Source: Octopus sinensis (lineage: Eukaryota). Taken from it: 64,000 bases of DNA. The stretch covers positions 28,396,001-28,460,000 of the forward strand of contig NC_043001.1 of the NCBI RefSeq assembly GCF_006345805.1, in the 5' to 3' direction. The translations under genes were made by a program, and so were the position numbers. Of the stretch, positions 24,678 through 35,410 are shown one piece after another. Under the pieces are notes generated by a model. It saw only the letters and a list, made by a program, of their open reading frames with translations, made no database searches and was not told where the DNA came from. Positions within the stretch are counted from its first letter, which is position 1. Each line of letters opens with the position of its first letter.

Positions 24678-24965
24678 TAGCACTGGGGCTGATGTAATCG
24701 ACTTAGCCCCTCCACCAAAATTTCTGGCCTTGTGCTAAAATTCGAACTATGTAAGACGGTGAGCAGGCGGAATTGTTAAACAGACAAAATGTTTAGCGGC
24801 ATTTCGTCTGTCTGTATGCTCTGAGTTCAAATTCCACCGAGGTCGACTTTGCCCTTCATCCCTTCGAGGTCGATAAAATAAGTACCAGTTGAGCACTGGG
24901 GTCGATGTAGCCCACTTAGCCCCAGCTCCGAAATTGGTGGCCTTGTGTCAAAATTTGAAACCGAT
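24678..24965 (+). mobile_element. Older SINE-A relatives with the alternative tail (GGCCTTGTGYCAAAATTTGAAAC)
   Basis: Same B-box and GTCGACTTTGCC...CATCC core as SINE-A with a different 3' module; a tail-only piece precedes it at 24678-24748. Confidence 0.7.
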
Positions 24966-25018
24966 GTTTGATCTAAGTGTTATATTCCTACATAAGATTT
25001 TTTTTTCCAATCAAACTA

Positions 25019-25432
25019 CCGTAAATCCTCGAGTATAATCCGCATTTTTTCCCAAAATTTAAAGGTCAAAATCCCTAGTTCGTACTATATACGAGGTTAA
25101 AAATGAAAAATATTTTCTAAGCAATGTCTCTGGCCGGCAATGTTTATTCAGACGCATTTTGGGACGTTGGGCGCGAAAATACCTTAAGGTAAGCCTGAAA
25201 GCAATGAAGTCATAAAAGAATCATCCATAACTTGCAGTAAGCAACATTTATTAAAACAAAAGTATTCAGAACACAAAATAACATGTAACAAAAACAATTT
25301 GCAAGCATATTTACATTCCCCTGTATCAATCAAGAACATCACCATTATTGTATTACGCATGCGCGGAAGTGTTTGTTCGACTAGGTACTGCTGGTTTAAT
25401 TACGCACGACTCATGTTAGAGAAGGGGTGCTT
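25019..25432. mobile_element. Possible pogo/Tigger-type MITE remnant
   Basis: TA|CCGTAAATCCTCGAGTATAATCCGC resembles pogo/Tigger termini; the right TIR is not cleanly seen because a SINE-B piece begins at ~25433. Confidence 0.4.
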
Positions 25433-25725
25433 ATTCTATCAGTCTCTATTGCCGAACCGCTAAGTTACAGGGACGTAAACATACCAGCATCGGTTGTCAA
25501 GCGATGCTGGGGTGGGGACAAACACAGACACACAAACATACACACATATATATACATATATACGACGGGCTTCTTTTAGTTTCCGTCTACCAAATCCACT
25601 CACAAGGATTTGGTCAGCCCGAGGCTACAGTAGAAAACACTTCCCCAAGGTGCCACGCAGTGGGTCTGAACCCGGTACCATGTGGTTGGTAAGCAAGCTA
25701 CTTACCACACAGCCACTCCTACGCC
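25433..25725 (-). mobile_element. SINE-B, 5' two-thirds
   Basis: Head ...CACACAGCCACTCCTACGCC (plus strand) and body up to GCCGAACCGCTAAGTTAC. Confidence 0.82.
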
Positions 25726-26075
25726 TTGTTATTTTTTTTTATTTAGTAAAACAGCAATGTTGCTTTCAAGAGAATTTGAACTCAGGGCGTTAAGTGACGG
25801 TACTAAATATTGAAGGTAATTTGTCGGTTGCTCTAATGATTCAGCCATCTATAATAAAAATGAAAATAAAATAATGATGGTAAATAATTCAGAACGTAAG
25901 ACACTTCAGACGTATTTAATGAATTTTCGCTTTTCTTGACATACTGACAATATTCATAGAAAATCTGCGCTTGATCAGTATTTATCAAACCCAAAACATT
26001 TGTATTGACACATACACTCAACTGCACAAAATCCCAATCTCTCTCCCTCCCTCGCTCTCTCTCTCTCTCTCTCTC

Positions 26076-26121
<46 letters not shown>

Positions 26122-26677
26122 CTCCCTCTCTCTCTCCCTCTCCCTCTCTCTCTCTCTTTCCCACGAACACTTGAATACTTCCACAATTTCTGAATGCCAA
26201 TATCGACAACCTTGGTTGACATGTGAGTTAGACAAACGTTTTCTATTTTATTGGCTTATTAAGTCACTGTTGATTCTATGAATATTAGTCACAATTTCGC
26301 ATCGCCTTAATTTTTCATTTATACTATTTTCAGCACACAAAAGCCAAAATTTTGTGAGAAAATTTGTTGTTGCTTGAATCAAATGAAATAGAATCAACGC
26401 CGACAAAGGTGCAAATGTAACATCAAGTGGAAAGACACGAGTCTCAATACAAGAATAGTTAAACAGTTGTTAACTTATATGATGTCGTCAGCATTAAAAA
26501 GCTTACAAAAATAATTATGTGGTAAAGAAAAAGCAACTTTAGTCGGTGACTGATATTATTATAACGCTCCAGGTAAAATACTTAGAGGCATTTCCTCCGT
26601 CTTTACATTCTGAGTTCAAATTTCGAAGAGCTTGGCTTTGCCAAGCATCCTTTCGAGGCCGATAAAATAAGTACCAG

Positions 26678-27091
26678 AGCGGTGAGCTGGCAAAATCGTC
26701 AGCGCGCCGGGCGAAATGCTTAGTGGTATTTCGTCTGCCGCTACGTTCTGAGTTCAAATTCCGCCGAGGTCGACTTTGCCTTTCATCCTTTTGGGGTCGA
26801 TTAATAAGTACCAGTTATGCACTGGGGTCGATATAATCGACTTAATCCGTTTGTCTGTCCTTGTTTGTCCTCTCTATGTTTAGCCCCTTGTGAGTAGTAA
26901 AGAAATAGGTATTTCGTCTGCCGTTACGTTCTGAATTCAATTTCCGCCGAGGTCGACTTTGCCTTTCATCCTTTCGGGGTGGATTAAATAAGTACCAGTT
27001 ACGCACTGGAGTCGATGCATTCCACTTAATCCCTTTGTCTGTCCTTGTTTGTTCCCTCTATGTTTAGCCACTTGTGGGCAATAATGAAATA
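26678..27091 (+). mobile_element. Dimeric SINE-A with 14-bp TSD, inside an older relative (26571-27158)
   Basis: TSD AAAATAAGTACCAG at 26664-26677 and 27092-27105; junction AAAGAAATAG|GTATTTCGTCTGCCG near 26888. Confidence 0.88.
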
Positions 27092-27664
27092 AAAATAAGT
27101 ACCAGTTGAACACTGGGGTCGATGTAATTGCTCACCTTGTGCCAAAATTTGAAACCAATGTTGTAGTTATTTCAACAAGTACAGGAAACAACTGTTAACA
27201 TATTTTAATCCTAATATGACCACATCAGAGAAGCATAGATTCCACTATGCTAATTGAAGTAGTGACTAATTATTTGCTAAATAAATATGGAAATTGTATT
27301 TTGGTTGGCGATAGCAAACAGAATTGTTAAGGGAATAAATAACTCGGAGACATGTTCTACAGCAAAAGTAAAAGATATGATAATATTAACAAAGTGTAAT
27401 CATAAACTTTTAACCTTTTAAACTACTGAGAATCACAAGTCGATTTTAATTAACTCCCATCTAAATTACAGCACTGGTTCTAATCCTTCTTTCGACATGA
27501 ATAAATACATTTAAGATCGCAAAGAGTAATTAAAGAAAACATATCAAATGAAGCATATTGTCTGAGGAAAAATCACTAGAGAGGCATGGGTAGTTTCAAC
27601 ACACTTAATCATAGCAGCTCATTCAGTTTATGTGAGATCTAGCCACCGTTGTTATTAGTACTAC

Positions 27665-28175
27665 CATAATGGAAGTCTTTCGGGGTTCGACAACGCCGTC
27701 AGTGACGCCAGAGGTGGGAGCGGAACCCAAAGGCAGACGCGCAGAGCGGCCACATGTTGGACATGTAACAGCAGAAGTAGGGTTGGGGATCCTCTCTTTT
27801 CGGGCTTGTCGCTTTTGGTTCAGGCTCTTGAGGCGCTTTTCCTCGAACAGCCTAACACCCCTTTGGACAGCTGGACGCCAGGTGCCGCGGTCAGAGACAA
27901 GCGATTCCCAGCCACGGGCTGAAATGCCGCAGGCCTCAAGGGAAGTTTTTAGGCTGTCCTTGTATCGCCTCAGTGGCCTTCCAAGGTTTCTTGCTCCAGA
28001 AGCCAGCTCAGAGAAGATCATCTTTGGTAGACGCACATCGTCCATTCGGACTAAAGGTCCGATCCACCGGAACTGGGCCTTCATAATGAGGGCTTCGATC
28101 CGGGCATTTCGGCTCTGCGAAGCACCTCAGTGTTAGAGACTCTTTCCTCCCAGGAAATTCCCATGCACCACAGAC
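27665..28175 (-). mobile_element. 5'-truncated RTE (BovB-like) LINE 3' fragment
   Basis: ISWEERVSNTEVLRRA...MKAQFRWIGPLVRMDDVRLPKMIFSEL...RGRP-like GRPLRRYKDSLK...CPTCGR; typical RTE C-terminus. Confidence 0.82.
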
Positions 28176-28261
28176 CCATCTGCTGTAGGAAACGAAAGGA
28201 GCAGCGTCTCAACGCTTCAAAAGCAAACTTCGTTTGCTTGTTTACGTTCATCGTAATTTGA

Positions 28262-28315
<54 letters not shown>

Positions 28316-29028
28316 ACAACCCTAATCAATTTGAACGAGTAAAGCGGTCAAGCATAACCCTTGTCACTGTGTAACATTGACGCACTTGTGAATGGCAGCA
28401 GCATAGAAGCCATTTTGTCCATTCTACAGAATAGATGTGGGCAAGTAGAACTTCAAAATTATTGAGTCACGAAATACTTCAATTTGAATAATAACATTCT
28501 CTTTACTTAACATTCTATATTTATATAACATAATGCGTGTGATTGTATGTGTACGTATTGAGAGAGGGCGGAGAATGAGCGACTGACAGAGAGAGATTTT
28601 AGTTGGTGGCGTGTTCGGGTGTACTTGGCATTTGCCGGCTCCATTCTTGGATTTGTTTCCGGGATTTGCAAGTTCCGTTACGAGAAGAGAATCTCATTCA
28701 TGAGCAGCAGTAATTATGGCAGAAGAATATATATCCACGTTATTTGACACACATTCATTGAAGATACGAACAGAGAAAGGCAGATAGACAAATGTACAGA
28801 TATACTGAGTGTGTATATGTGTATATATGTGTGTGTGTGTGCGTATCATATGCGTGTGGTGCTGTACACACACACACACACACACATCTAGAGATAGACA
28901 GAGAGAGACAGAGACAGAGAGAGAGATGAGAGAGAGAGGTAGACAGGCAGACACAAAGACCGGGAATTAGATAGATAGATAGATAGATAGATAGACAGAC
29001 AGACGGACGGACGGACGGACGGACAGAC

Positions 29029-29096
<68 letters not shown>

Positions 29097-29555
29097 CAGT
29101 GGCTGAGGAATATCAAACGTGAAATATAATTGGTGATGAATAACGAGGAACTATGGTTTAGTTAAAGATAAATTGACAACGAGGAACAATGAGATGTATG
29201 TGTATGTATGTGCGTGTGCGGGTATATATCTGTGGACGTTTGTATGTGTATATGCGTGTATCATTTGTGTTTTTGTTTCTTGTAAAATATGTGAAAGAAT
29301 AACAAGAGCCTGAGGGATGTGTGTGCATGTGAAGGGCGTGTTTGTATGTGTGTGAGTGTCTGTGTTAACGACAATTGGGGTTAAAAATGGATAGCGGATG
29401 GAGAGAGACGAGCAAAAAAAAAGGGAAAAGGTCAGAGAAAATGAAATGCAAAGAGAAAAATAGAAATGCGAGGACGAAGGTTAGAGATGGTAGAAAGTAG
29501 GGATAAAACAAAAGAAAATAGTAAAAAACAAAAAATACAGATAGATAGATAGATA

Positions 29556-29747
29556 AGTTTCTTTATTGGCCACACAGGGCTGCACACAGATGGGACAAGT
29601 TACAAGGTAGAGTTTTTCTTTTGGGGGATGAAAAAAACAAAAAACAAAAGAAACAAAAAAAGGGGGTGGCGTAGGTTTTCGATCAAGAGGGATCGTAAAA
29701 GGGAAGAAAAGAACAAAAAATAAATAAATAAATAAAATAAAAAATAA

Positions 29748-29750
<3 letters not shown>
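29556..29750 (-). mobile_element. Short 3' fragment of the Tx1-like LINE flanked by (GATA)n
   Basis: GATAGATA|AGTTTCTTTATTGGCCACACAGGGCTGCACACAG...; the right side runs into GATAGATAGA at 29751. Confidence 0.88.
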
Positions 29751-29783
<33 letters not shown>

Positions 29784-29784
29784 G

Positions 29785-29853
<69 letters not shown>

Positions 29854-30177
29854 TATAGTGATAAACCACGGTTATAAAGATTTTTTTTAAACTGTAATGG
29901 CGGTTAGGGAGATATTTCGTGTGAACGGAACATAAGGAAGAAAATACTCAATAGATTTACAGCGGTTTGTTGACTTTTATTTTAGCATTTTATATTTTTT
30001 TCCCCAGAAACTTTCCCTGGTAGATATGTAACCTTAGATAATGGTTGATAACACAAGGAAAAATTTAAGTAAGCATAAGGTATGGATATTATTTTTGGCA
30101 ACAGAACAATAAAATGACCTGTGGTGTTTTAATATCATATGAAAGCGAAATCTGCATTTTTATGTTATCTTCATTAT

Positions 30178-30401
30178 AAGGTGGCGAGATGGCAGAATCG
30201 ATGGAACAACCGATAAAAGCTTAGCGGCATTTCGTCCGTCTCTACGTTCTGAATTCATATTTTCCACCTAGCTCGATTTTAACCCCCACCCCCATCCTTT
30301 TGGGGGTCGATGAAAGGAGCACGAGTTGAACACTAGGGTGGATGTAATCGACTTACTCCTTCCCCAAACTTGCAGGCCTTGAGCCAAAATTTTAAATCAA
30401 T
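30178..30401 (+). mobile_element. Older SINE-A relative with the alternative tail
   Basis: AAGGTGGCGAGATGGCAGAATCG...CATCCTTTTGGGGGTCGATG...GGCCTTGAGCCAAAATTTTAAATC. Confidence 0.65.
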
Positions 30402-30435
30402 ATTATATGAAAGTGAAACTTGCATTTTTTCCCCA

Positions 30436-30560
30436 TTATTTACATTTGACGGATATTTGTCCTCATCTTGTTTGTTCGGCTGAAATATACCCTCCAACCT
30501 TCATCAGGTGTTTTGGGGAAATTTCGAACATGGGTTCTCATTCCTAAGGTATTTTCTGAT
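30436..30560 (-). repeat. Hammerhead-like repeat, copy 1 (Penelope/retrozyme-type)
   Basis: Inverted homolog of 32936-33090; minus strand CACCTGATGAAGGTTGGAGGGTATATTTCAGCCGAACAAAC gives CUGAUGA, stem II (GGUUG/CAGCC) and GAA. Confidence 0.6.
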
Positions 30561-30627
30561 GATATTGTTCTTCTTCTTCTTCTTCTTCTTCTTCTTATCA
30601 TTATTATTATTATTATTATTATTATTA

Positions 30628-32579
30628 CTTTTTTTTTTTTTCTTTCAAATTTTCTTCTATTTCTTGCCGAGTGTCTTCCCGACTCCTAGGGCAAAGAAAC
30701 TCATAGTGTATATTGGTAGGCCATTAAACCAAACTCAGAAGTTCGTTCATTTTTTTTTTTTTTTTTTTTTAAAGTTAGATTAAAATACATGAGCAGCAAC
30801 AGTTCTCACATCGACAATGCTCTTCTCAATACGTGTGATGTACCAGTTAAGACAATCTTTTGCACTTCTTGCAGGGATGGTAAGCCAGGGATCATTCTCA
30901 TATAATTTTCGGTTCCCTTCTTGATCATTCCTAGTGCTCCTACGATCACTGGTATTGTAACCGCCTTGAGATGCCACATTTTCTCAATTTCAATGAGTAG
31001 GTCTTTATATTTTCTGAGCTTGTCAAACTCTTTCGCTGAGATATTATGATCACAGGGGATGCTCATGTCGATCAATAAGCAAACTTTATTGTTTTGGTCT
31101 TTCACAACAATATCTGGTTTATTGGCCTTGATGGTTCGGTCTGTATGTACTGGAAAGTCCCACAGAATGGTTACATTTTCTCCTTCAGTTACAGCCTCAG
31201 GGTGGTGATTATACTACTTGTCGGCAGTTTTGATATTGTAATGCCGACTTATTAGCCAGTGGAGATATTGGCCAACTCTGTCATGTCTTAATTTATACTC
31301 CACTGGTGCTAAGACTTTACATCCAGAGATTAGGTGGTCCACTGTTTCAATCATGTCGTTGCAGAATCGGCATTTTGGGTCTGCTCCATTTTTCATCACA
31401 TTGGCCTGGTAGTTCCGGGTTGATAGGCTTTGGTCTTGAGCAGCCAGGATGAAACCTTCGCTCTCTGCTTTTAGCCCTGAGCTCCGCAGCCACTGATGGG
31501 TTTGCTTCTGGTCAACATCAGCTTGTTTGCTGCGGGTCACATATTTGCCGTGCAGAGGTTTCTCCTCCCACCTATCAGCCAATTGCTCGTGCGCTTTTTT
31601 CATTGCCATCATTTTCACCTTCTTTGCAACAATAGTTGCCGTACTTCCCTCGGGTTGTTCAGTTTGGGTATCCTGCACGAGATCAATAGCAAATTTTTTG
31701 CTTTCCTTGATGATAGAATGAAGCTTCTTTCATCTCTCGTGATTTTCCACGAGCTTTAGCATCCAGTCATTCGATATTTCGAGATATTTGGCCAGTCCAA
31801 TTGTGGTTGTTTTGTAAGCTAGTTCAAATTGGATCAGGCCTCGACCTCCTTGGGCTCTGGGAAGGTAAAGGCGATCTACGTCTGCCTTTGGGTGGTGCAT
31901 CCTATTACAACTCAGCAGCTTGCGTATTTTTCTATCTATATTCTTTACTTCACTCATATTCCAGTTCAACACATTGTAGCTATAAGTAACAACTGGAACT
32001 GCTAAGGAATTTATAGCTAACACCTTGTTACGTGCATTTAGTTCAGATTTCAGGACTGCACGAACTCTCCTATAACATTCCTTCCTGATTTTCTCTTTCA
32101 TGCTTGCATGCTGAATACCAGAGCCTTCATTTATCCCTAAATATTTGTATGTCTGTTCTTGCTCAAGCTCTCTTATGACTGTGTCAACATCTAACACGAC
32201 TGAATTTGTGGTCTTCACTTTCCCTTTCTGGAAAGTGGCCTTGGCACACTTCTCAAGTCCAAACTCCATCCCGATGTCATCGCTGAATGCTTTCACGGTG
32301 CGCAATAGGCCTTCAAGTTCATTATTGTCTTTACCATAAAGTTTTAAGTCATCCATATAAAATAGATGGCTTATTTTTTTATTGGCAATTTTATACCCAT
32401 ACCCTGTTCTGTTTAATTCACTTGTAAGGGGTATTAGGGCTATGCAGAATATTAAAGGTGAAAGTGAGTCACCTTGAAAAATTCCACAGTTGATGTTTAT
32501 ATTTTCTGAGGCAAGTACTCCATTAGAGTGGTATAATTGGAGATTCGTATTCCACAACGACATATTGTGCTTCAGGAAG
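30628..32579 (-). mobile_element. 5'-truncated Dong/R4-clade RLE retrotransposon in (TAA)n
   Basis: RT C-terminal half plus CCHC and restriction-like endonuclease; (TTA)n on both plus-strand flanks (about 30598-30627 and from 32580). Confidence 0.9.
30806..32579 (-). pseudogene. Dong/R4 ORF fragment: one frame with two in-frame stops (31730 TGA, 31214 TAG)
   Basis: GIFQGDSLSPLIF, HLFYMDDLKLY, YKYLG, GGRGL, LHGKY, AESEGFILAAQDQ, CRFCNDMIETVDHLISGC, KPDIVVKD...LIDMSIP...KY, IPVIVGALG. The three ORF pieces share one frame. Confidence 0.9.
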
Positions 32580-32693
32580 TTATTATTATTATTATTATTA
32601 TTATCATTATTATTATTATTATTGTTGTTGTTGTTGTTGTTGTGTTGTTGTTGTTGTTGTTGTTGTTTTGTTAGTAGTAGTAGTAGTAATAGT

Positions 32694-32752
32694 AGTGAGC
32701 GTGGGCTGCTAACCCAAAGATTCCGAGTTCGATTCCAGGCAGTGAGCTGAAT
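32694..32752 (+). mobile_element. Short tRNA(Ser-GCT)-like SINE fragment with (AAT)n tail
   Basis: GAGCGTGGGCTGCTAACCC (anticodon-arm-like, GCT), B-box GAGTTCGATTCC, then AATAATAA. Not a complete cloverleaf. Confidence 0.5.
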
Positions 32753-32757
32753 AATAA

Positions 32758-32813
<56 letters not shown>

Positions 32814-32851
32814 TAATAATAATAATAATAATGATAATAATAATAATAATA

Positions 32852-32886
<35 letters not shown>

Positions 32887-32935
32887 TAATAATAATAATA
32901 ATGATAATAACTACAACAACAACAATAACAACAAC

Positions 32936-33090
32936 ATCGAAAAATACCTAAGGAATGAGAACCCGGGTTCGAAATTTCCCCAAGACACCCGATGAAGGCT
33001 GGAGGGTATATCAGCTGAAAACAATGAGGATAAATATCCGTCAAATGTAAATAATGTATGTAATTCCTCATCTATTAGATATAGAACTGT
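32936..33090 (+). repeat. Hammerhead-like repeat, copy 2
   Basis: GACACCCGATGAAGGCTGGAGGGTATATCAGCTGAAAAC; reverse-complement homolog of 30436-30560. Confidence 0.6.
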
Positions 33091-33127
33091 ATTGCATTTT
33101 TTTATTATCATTATTATACATTCACTA

Positions 33128-33255
33128 GTGGGTGGCGAGTTGGCACATCGGCATTTCATCCGTTACTACGTTCTGAGTTCAAATTCCGCCGAGGTCAGTG
33201 AAATCGACTATCCCTCGTCCCCAAAATTTCCGGCTTTGTGCCTATAGTAAGTAGA
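33128..33255 (+). mobile_element. Internally deleted older SINE-A relative
   Basis: GGTGGCGAGTTGGCA...GAGTTCAAATTCCGCCGAGGTC...GGCTTTGTGCCTATAGTA. Confidence 0.6.
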
Positions 33256-33340
33256 AGGGGCTATTGTACCTCCAGTATAATTTTAAAGACGTTTTTATAA
33301 AATTTTTCATTTTAAATTTTAAAGAAATTGCTTCACAATA

Positions 33341-33690
33341 GTATGGTTGTGGGGTAAGACGCTGCTTCCCAACCACATGGTTCCGGGTTCAATCCCACTC
33401 CGAGCCATCTTGGGCGAATGCTTTCTACTAAAGCTTCGGGCCGGTCAAAGACTTGTGAGTGGATTTGGTAGACGGAAACTAAAAAACGTCCGTCGTGCGT
33501 GTGTGTGTGTGTGTGTGTGTGTGCGTGTGAGAGTCTTTGTGTCCGTGTTTGTTCCTCATCACCGCTTGACATAACTTCGCGGTCCAGGCTCAAGAAATGT
33601 CCTGGGATCGTTTTGTTAAAACCCTTCAAGGCGGTGCTTCAACATGACAGCAGTCAAAGAACTGAAACAAGTAAGAGAATAAATGAATAG
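33341..33690 (+). mobile_element. Diverged SINE-B
   Basis: CCAACCACATGGTTCCGGGTTCAATCCCAC...GGATTTGGTAGACGGAAACT...ACTGAAACAAGTAAGAG. Confidence 0.8.
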
Positions 33691-34069
33691 TAACAAAAAA
33701 TGGTTAGGCAGTCGGAGATTAGCCGTGCAATCGTGAATTTCGTTCAGTAATCATTTTGTTCTATTTGGATTACGTTAAACAGCAAATTGGGTTAGCGTCT
33801 TCAACACTCACCTTGCGGGTGACAGTAACAGACGAGGGACGAAAAATTGCGCGCGAACGTGTATGCGCATGTCAAGTTATATATAAAAACTATGTAACAG
33901 TAAAATGAAAAACTACTCAACGCTTTTTTAGTAAAGTATGCGTTTATTGAAGTTTTATAAATACCAGGCCGAAACTTTAGTGTCATTCTTTCAACCCTCC
34001 TGATATAAACATACTCACATACACACATACATATATATTTTTTTCTCTCCTTGTTTATTTATGTGTTCC

Positions 34070-34103
34070 TTTCTGTGGAAGAGCGTAGGCTCGAAACGTA
34101 AAA
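34070..34103 (+). ncRNA. Minimal hammerhead-like motif with non-canonical core
   Basis: TTT-CTGTGGA-A-GAGC/GTAG/GCTC-GAAAC-GTA-AAA; core CUGUGGA instead of CUGANGA. Confidence 0.35.
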
Positions 34104-34261
34104 TATGTTGTGTTCTTGACTGAAACACTTCATTTCACGTTGCTGTATTCCACTCAGCTGGGAACAAGTAAGTAATCCCTCGACGGACCGGCGTTCCGTT
34201 CATTGGGGACATACTGGGTGTGCGGGCTCAGTTTGAAAATTTGCATGAAAGGAAAAGAATC

Positions 34262-34365
34262 CTAGTTCCAACAGCAACCCTTTCTAGCCAGGGATTGACC
34301 ACAGTCTCCAGCAGCTTCACATAGCCGTCTAAATTGAGCCTAAGACTCAGTTCAAAGATGTGGGC
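34262..34365 (-). pseudogene. Tc1/mariner (maT/DD37D-like) transposase fragment
   Basis: Minus strand translates HIFELSLRLNLDGYVKLLETVVNPWLERVAVG, recognised as the segment before the second catalytic Asp. Confidence 0.55.
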
Positions 34366-34889
34366 GTAAATTCGGGCGTGCGGAGGCAGTCAGAACGCCG
34401 ACTGTGCTCACTCCGGCTGGTTACAGCTTCGTTGTCTCCGTTGCAGCTGTTCCTATCACGTCTTACAGCTTTTATAGTGTTCATAGAACATCGAGCAGTT
34501 ATAATGTCGGCATTTTGATACTAGACGCGAATAATCAAGATACTGGTAACTTTTTCCCAATGTTCACATGACTTCCAGTCCTCTATGTCAGCTAACGTTT
34601 TCTCAGCTACAACTTTAATCTTTATACTCTCCAATGCTGTTTACTGTGCACTAATACATCAAGCTATTCCTGAAAAGAGATACATAAAGAAACATTAAAC
34701 TTAGCCCGATCACTCTGTATATAGACCACAGAATCCGAGAAACCGGCTTTATGAGCCTATGGGAAGGACTTTTAGTCATTTTCTTTTGACTTGGCTTATA
34801 CTTTATTTATTGACCTTGGCCAGTTGAACAATAAAGTCGACTTCGGTGGGATTTGAACTCAGAAAATCTAGGTGAGGCAATTAAATGAT

Positions 34890-35410
34890 GAGTCTCAACC
34901 CTGTGGAATAACTGAGTTGAAAGTGTTAGGGTCAGAGAGAGCTCCATCAGCACAGGGTCCAAAGGTTCAATCTAATCGTCAAATTAGAGAGACCACAATC
35001 CTAGAGATGGGAGATGAAGCAAGTCCATAGGCGTGCAGCTTTAGTTGGAGGTTCGAGACCAGTGGCAGTCAAAAATTTTGCTGATATCAAGCGCATTGCT
35101 TTCACCAAATTTCTCGAAGGCGATAGTCCACGGATGAAGGATACAAAAGACTAGATCTCCAGTAGATCTCGTTAAGGCCCAACTTCGATCATTGAGAAGG
35201 GACAGAGATGTTCGAGGAGTTTATTGATTGTCTACCGTCTTTGAGAAACTGAAAGTAAATGTGATATTTGATAGGGCTAGGTAAGTCAATTTTAGAGACA
35301 CGCCATAGTGTGTTTCAAAAATTCGATATTTACCCCAAGAAATAGAAAGGGGCTGAAGAGTTTGGTGACGATATTAAGTCCAGTAATGGAAGAGACATTG
35401 TCGAAGCCGT
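34890..35410 (-). pseudogene. Highly degenerate non-LTR reverse transcriptase fragment (jockey/CR1 group)
   Basis: Piecewise translation gives RSTGDLV...AFEKFGES-ALDISK...KLHAYGL...DGALSDPNTFNSVIPQG, with many frameshifts. Confidence 0.55.
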
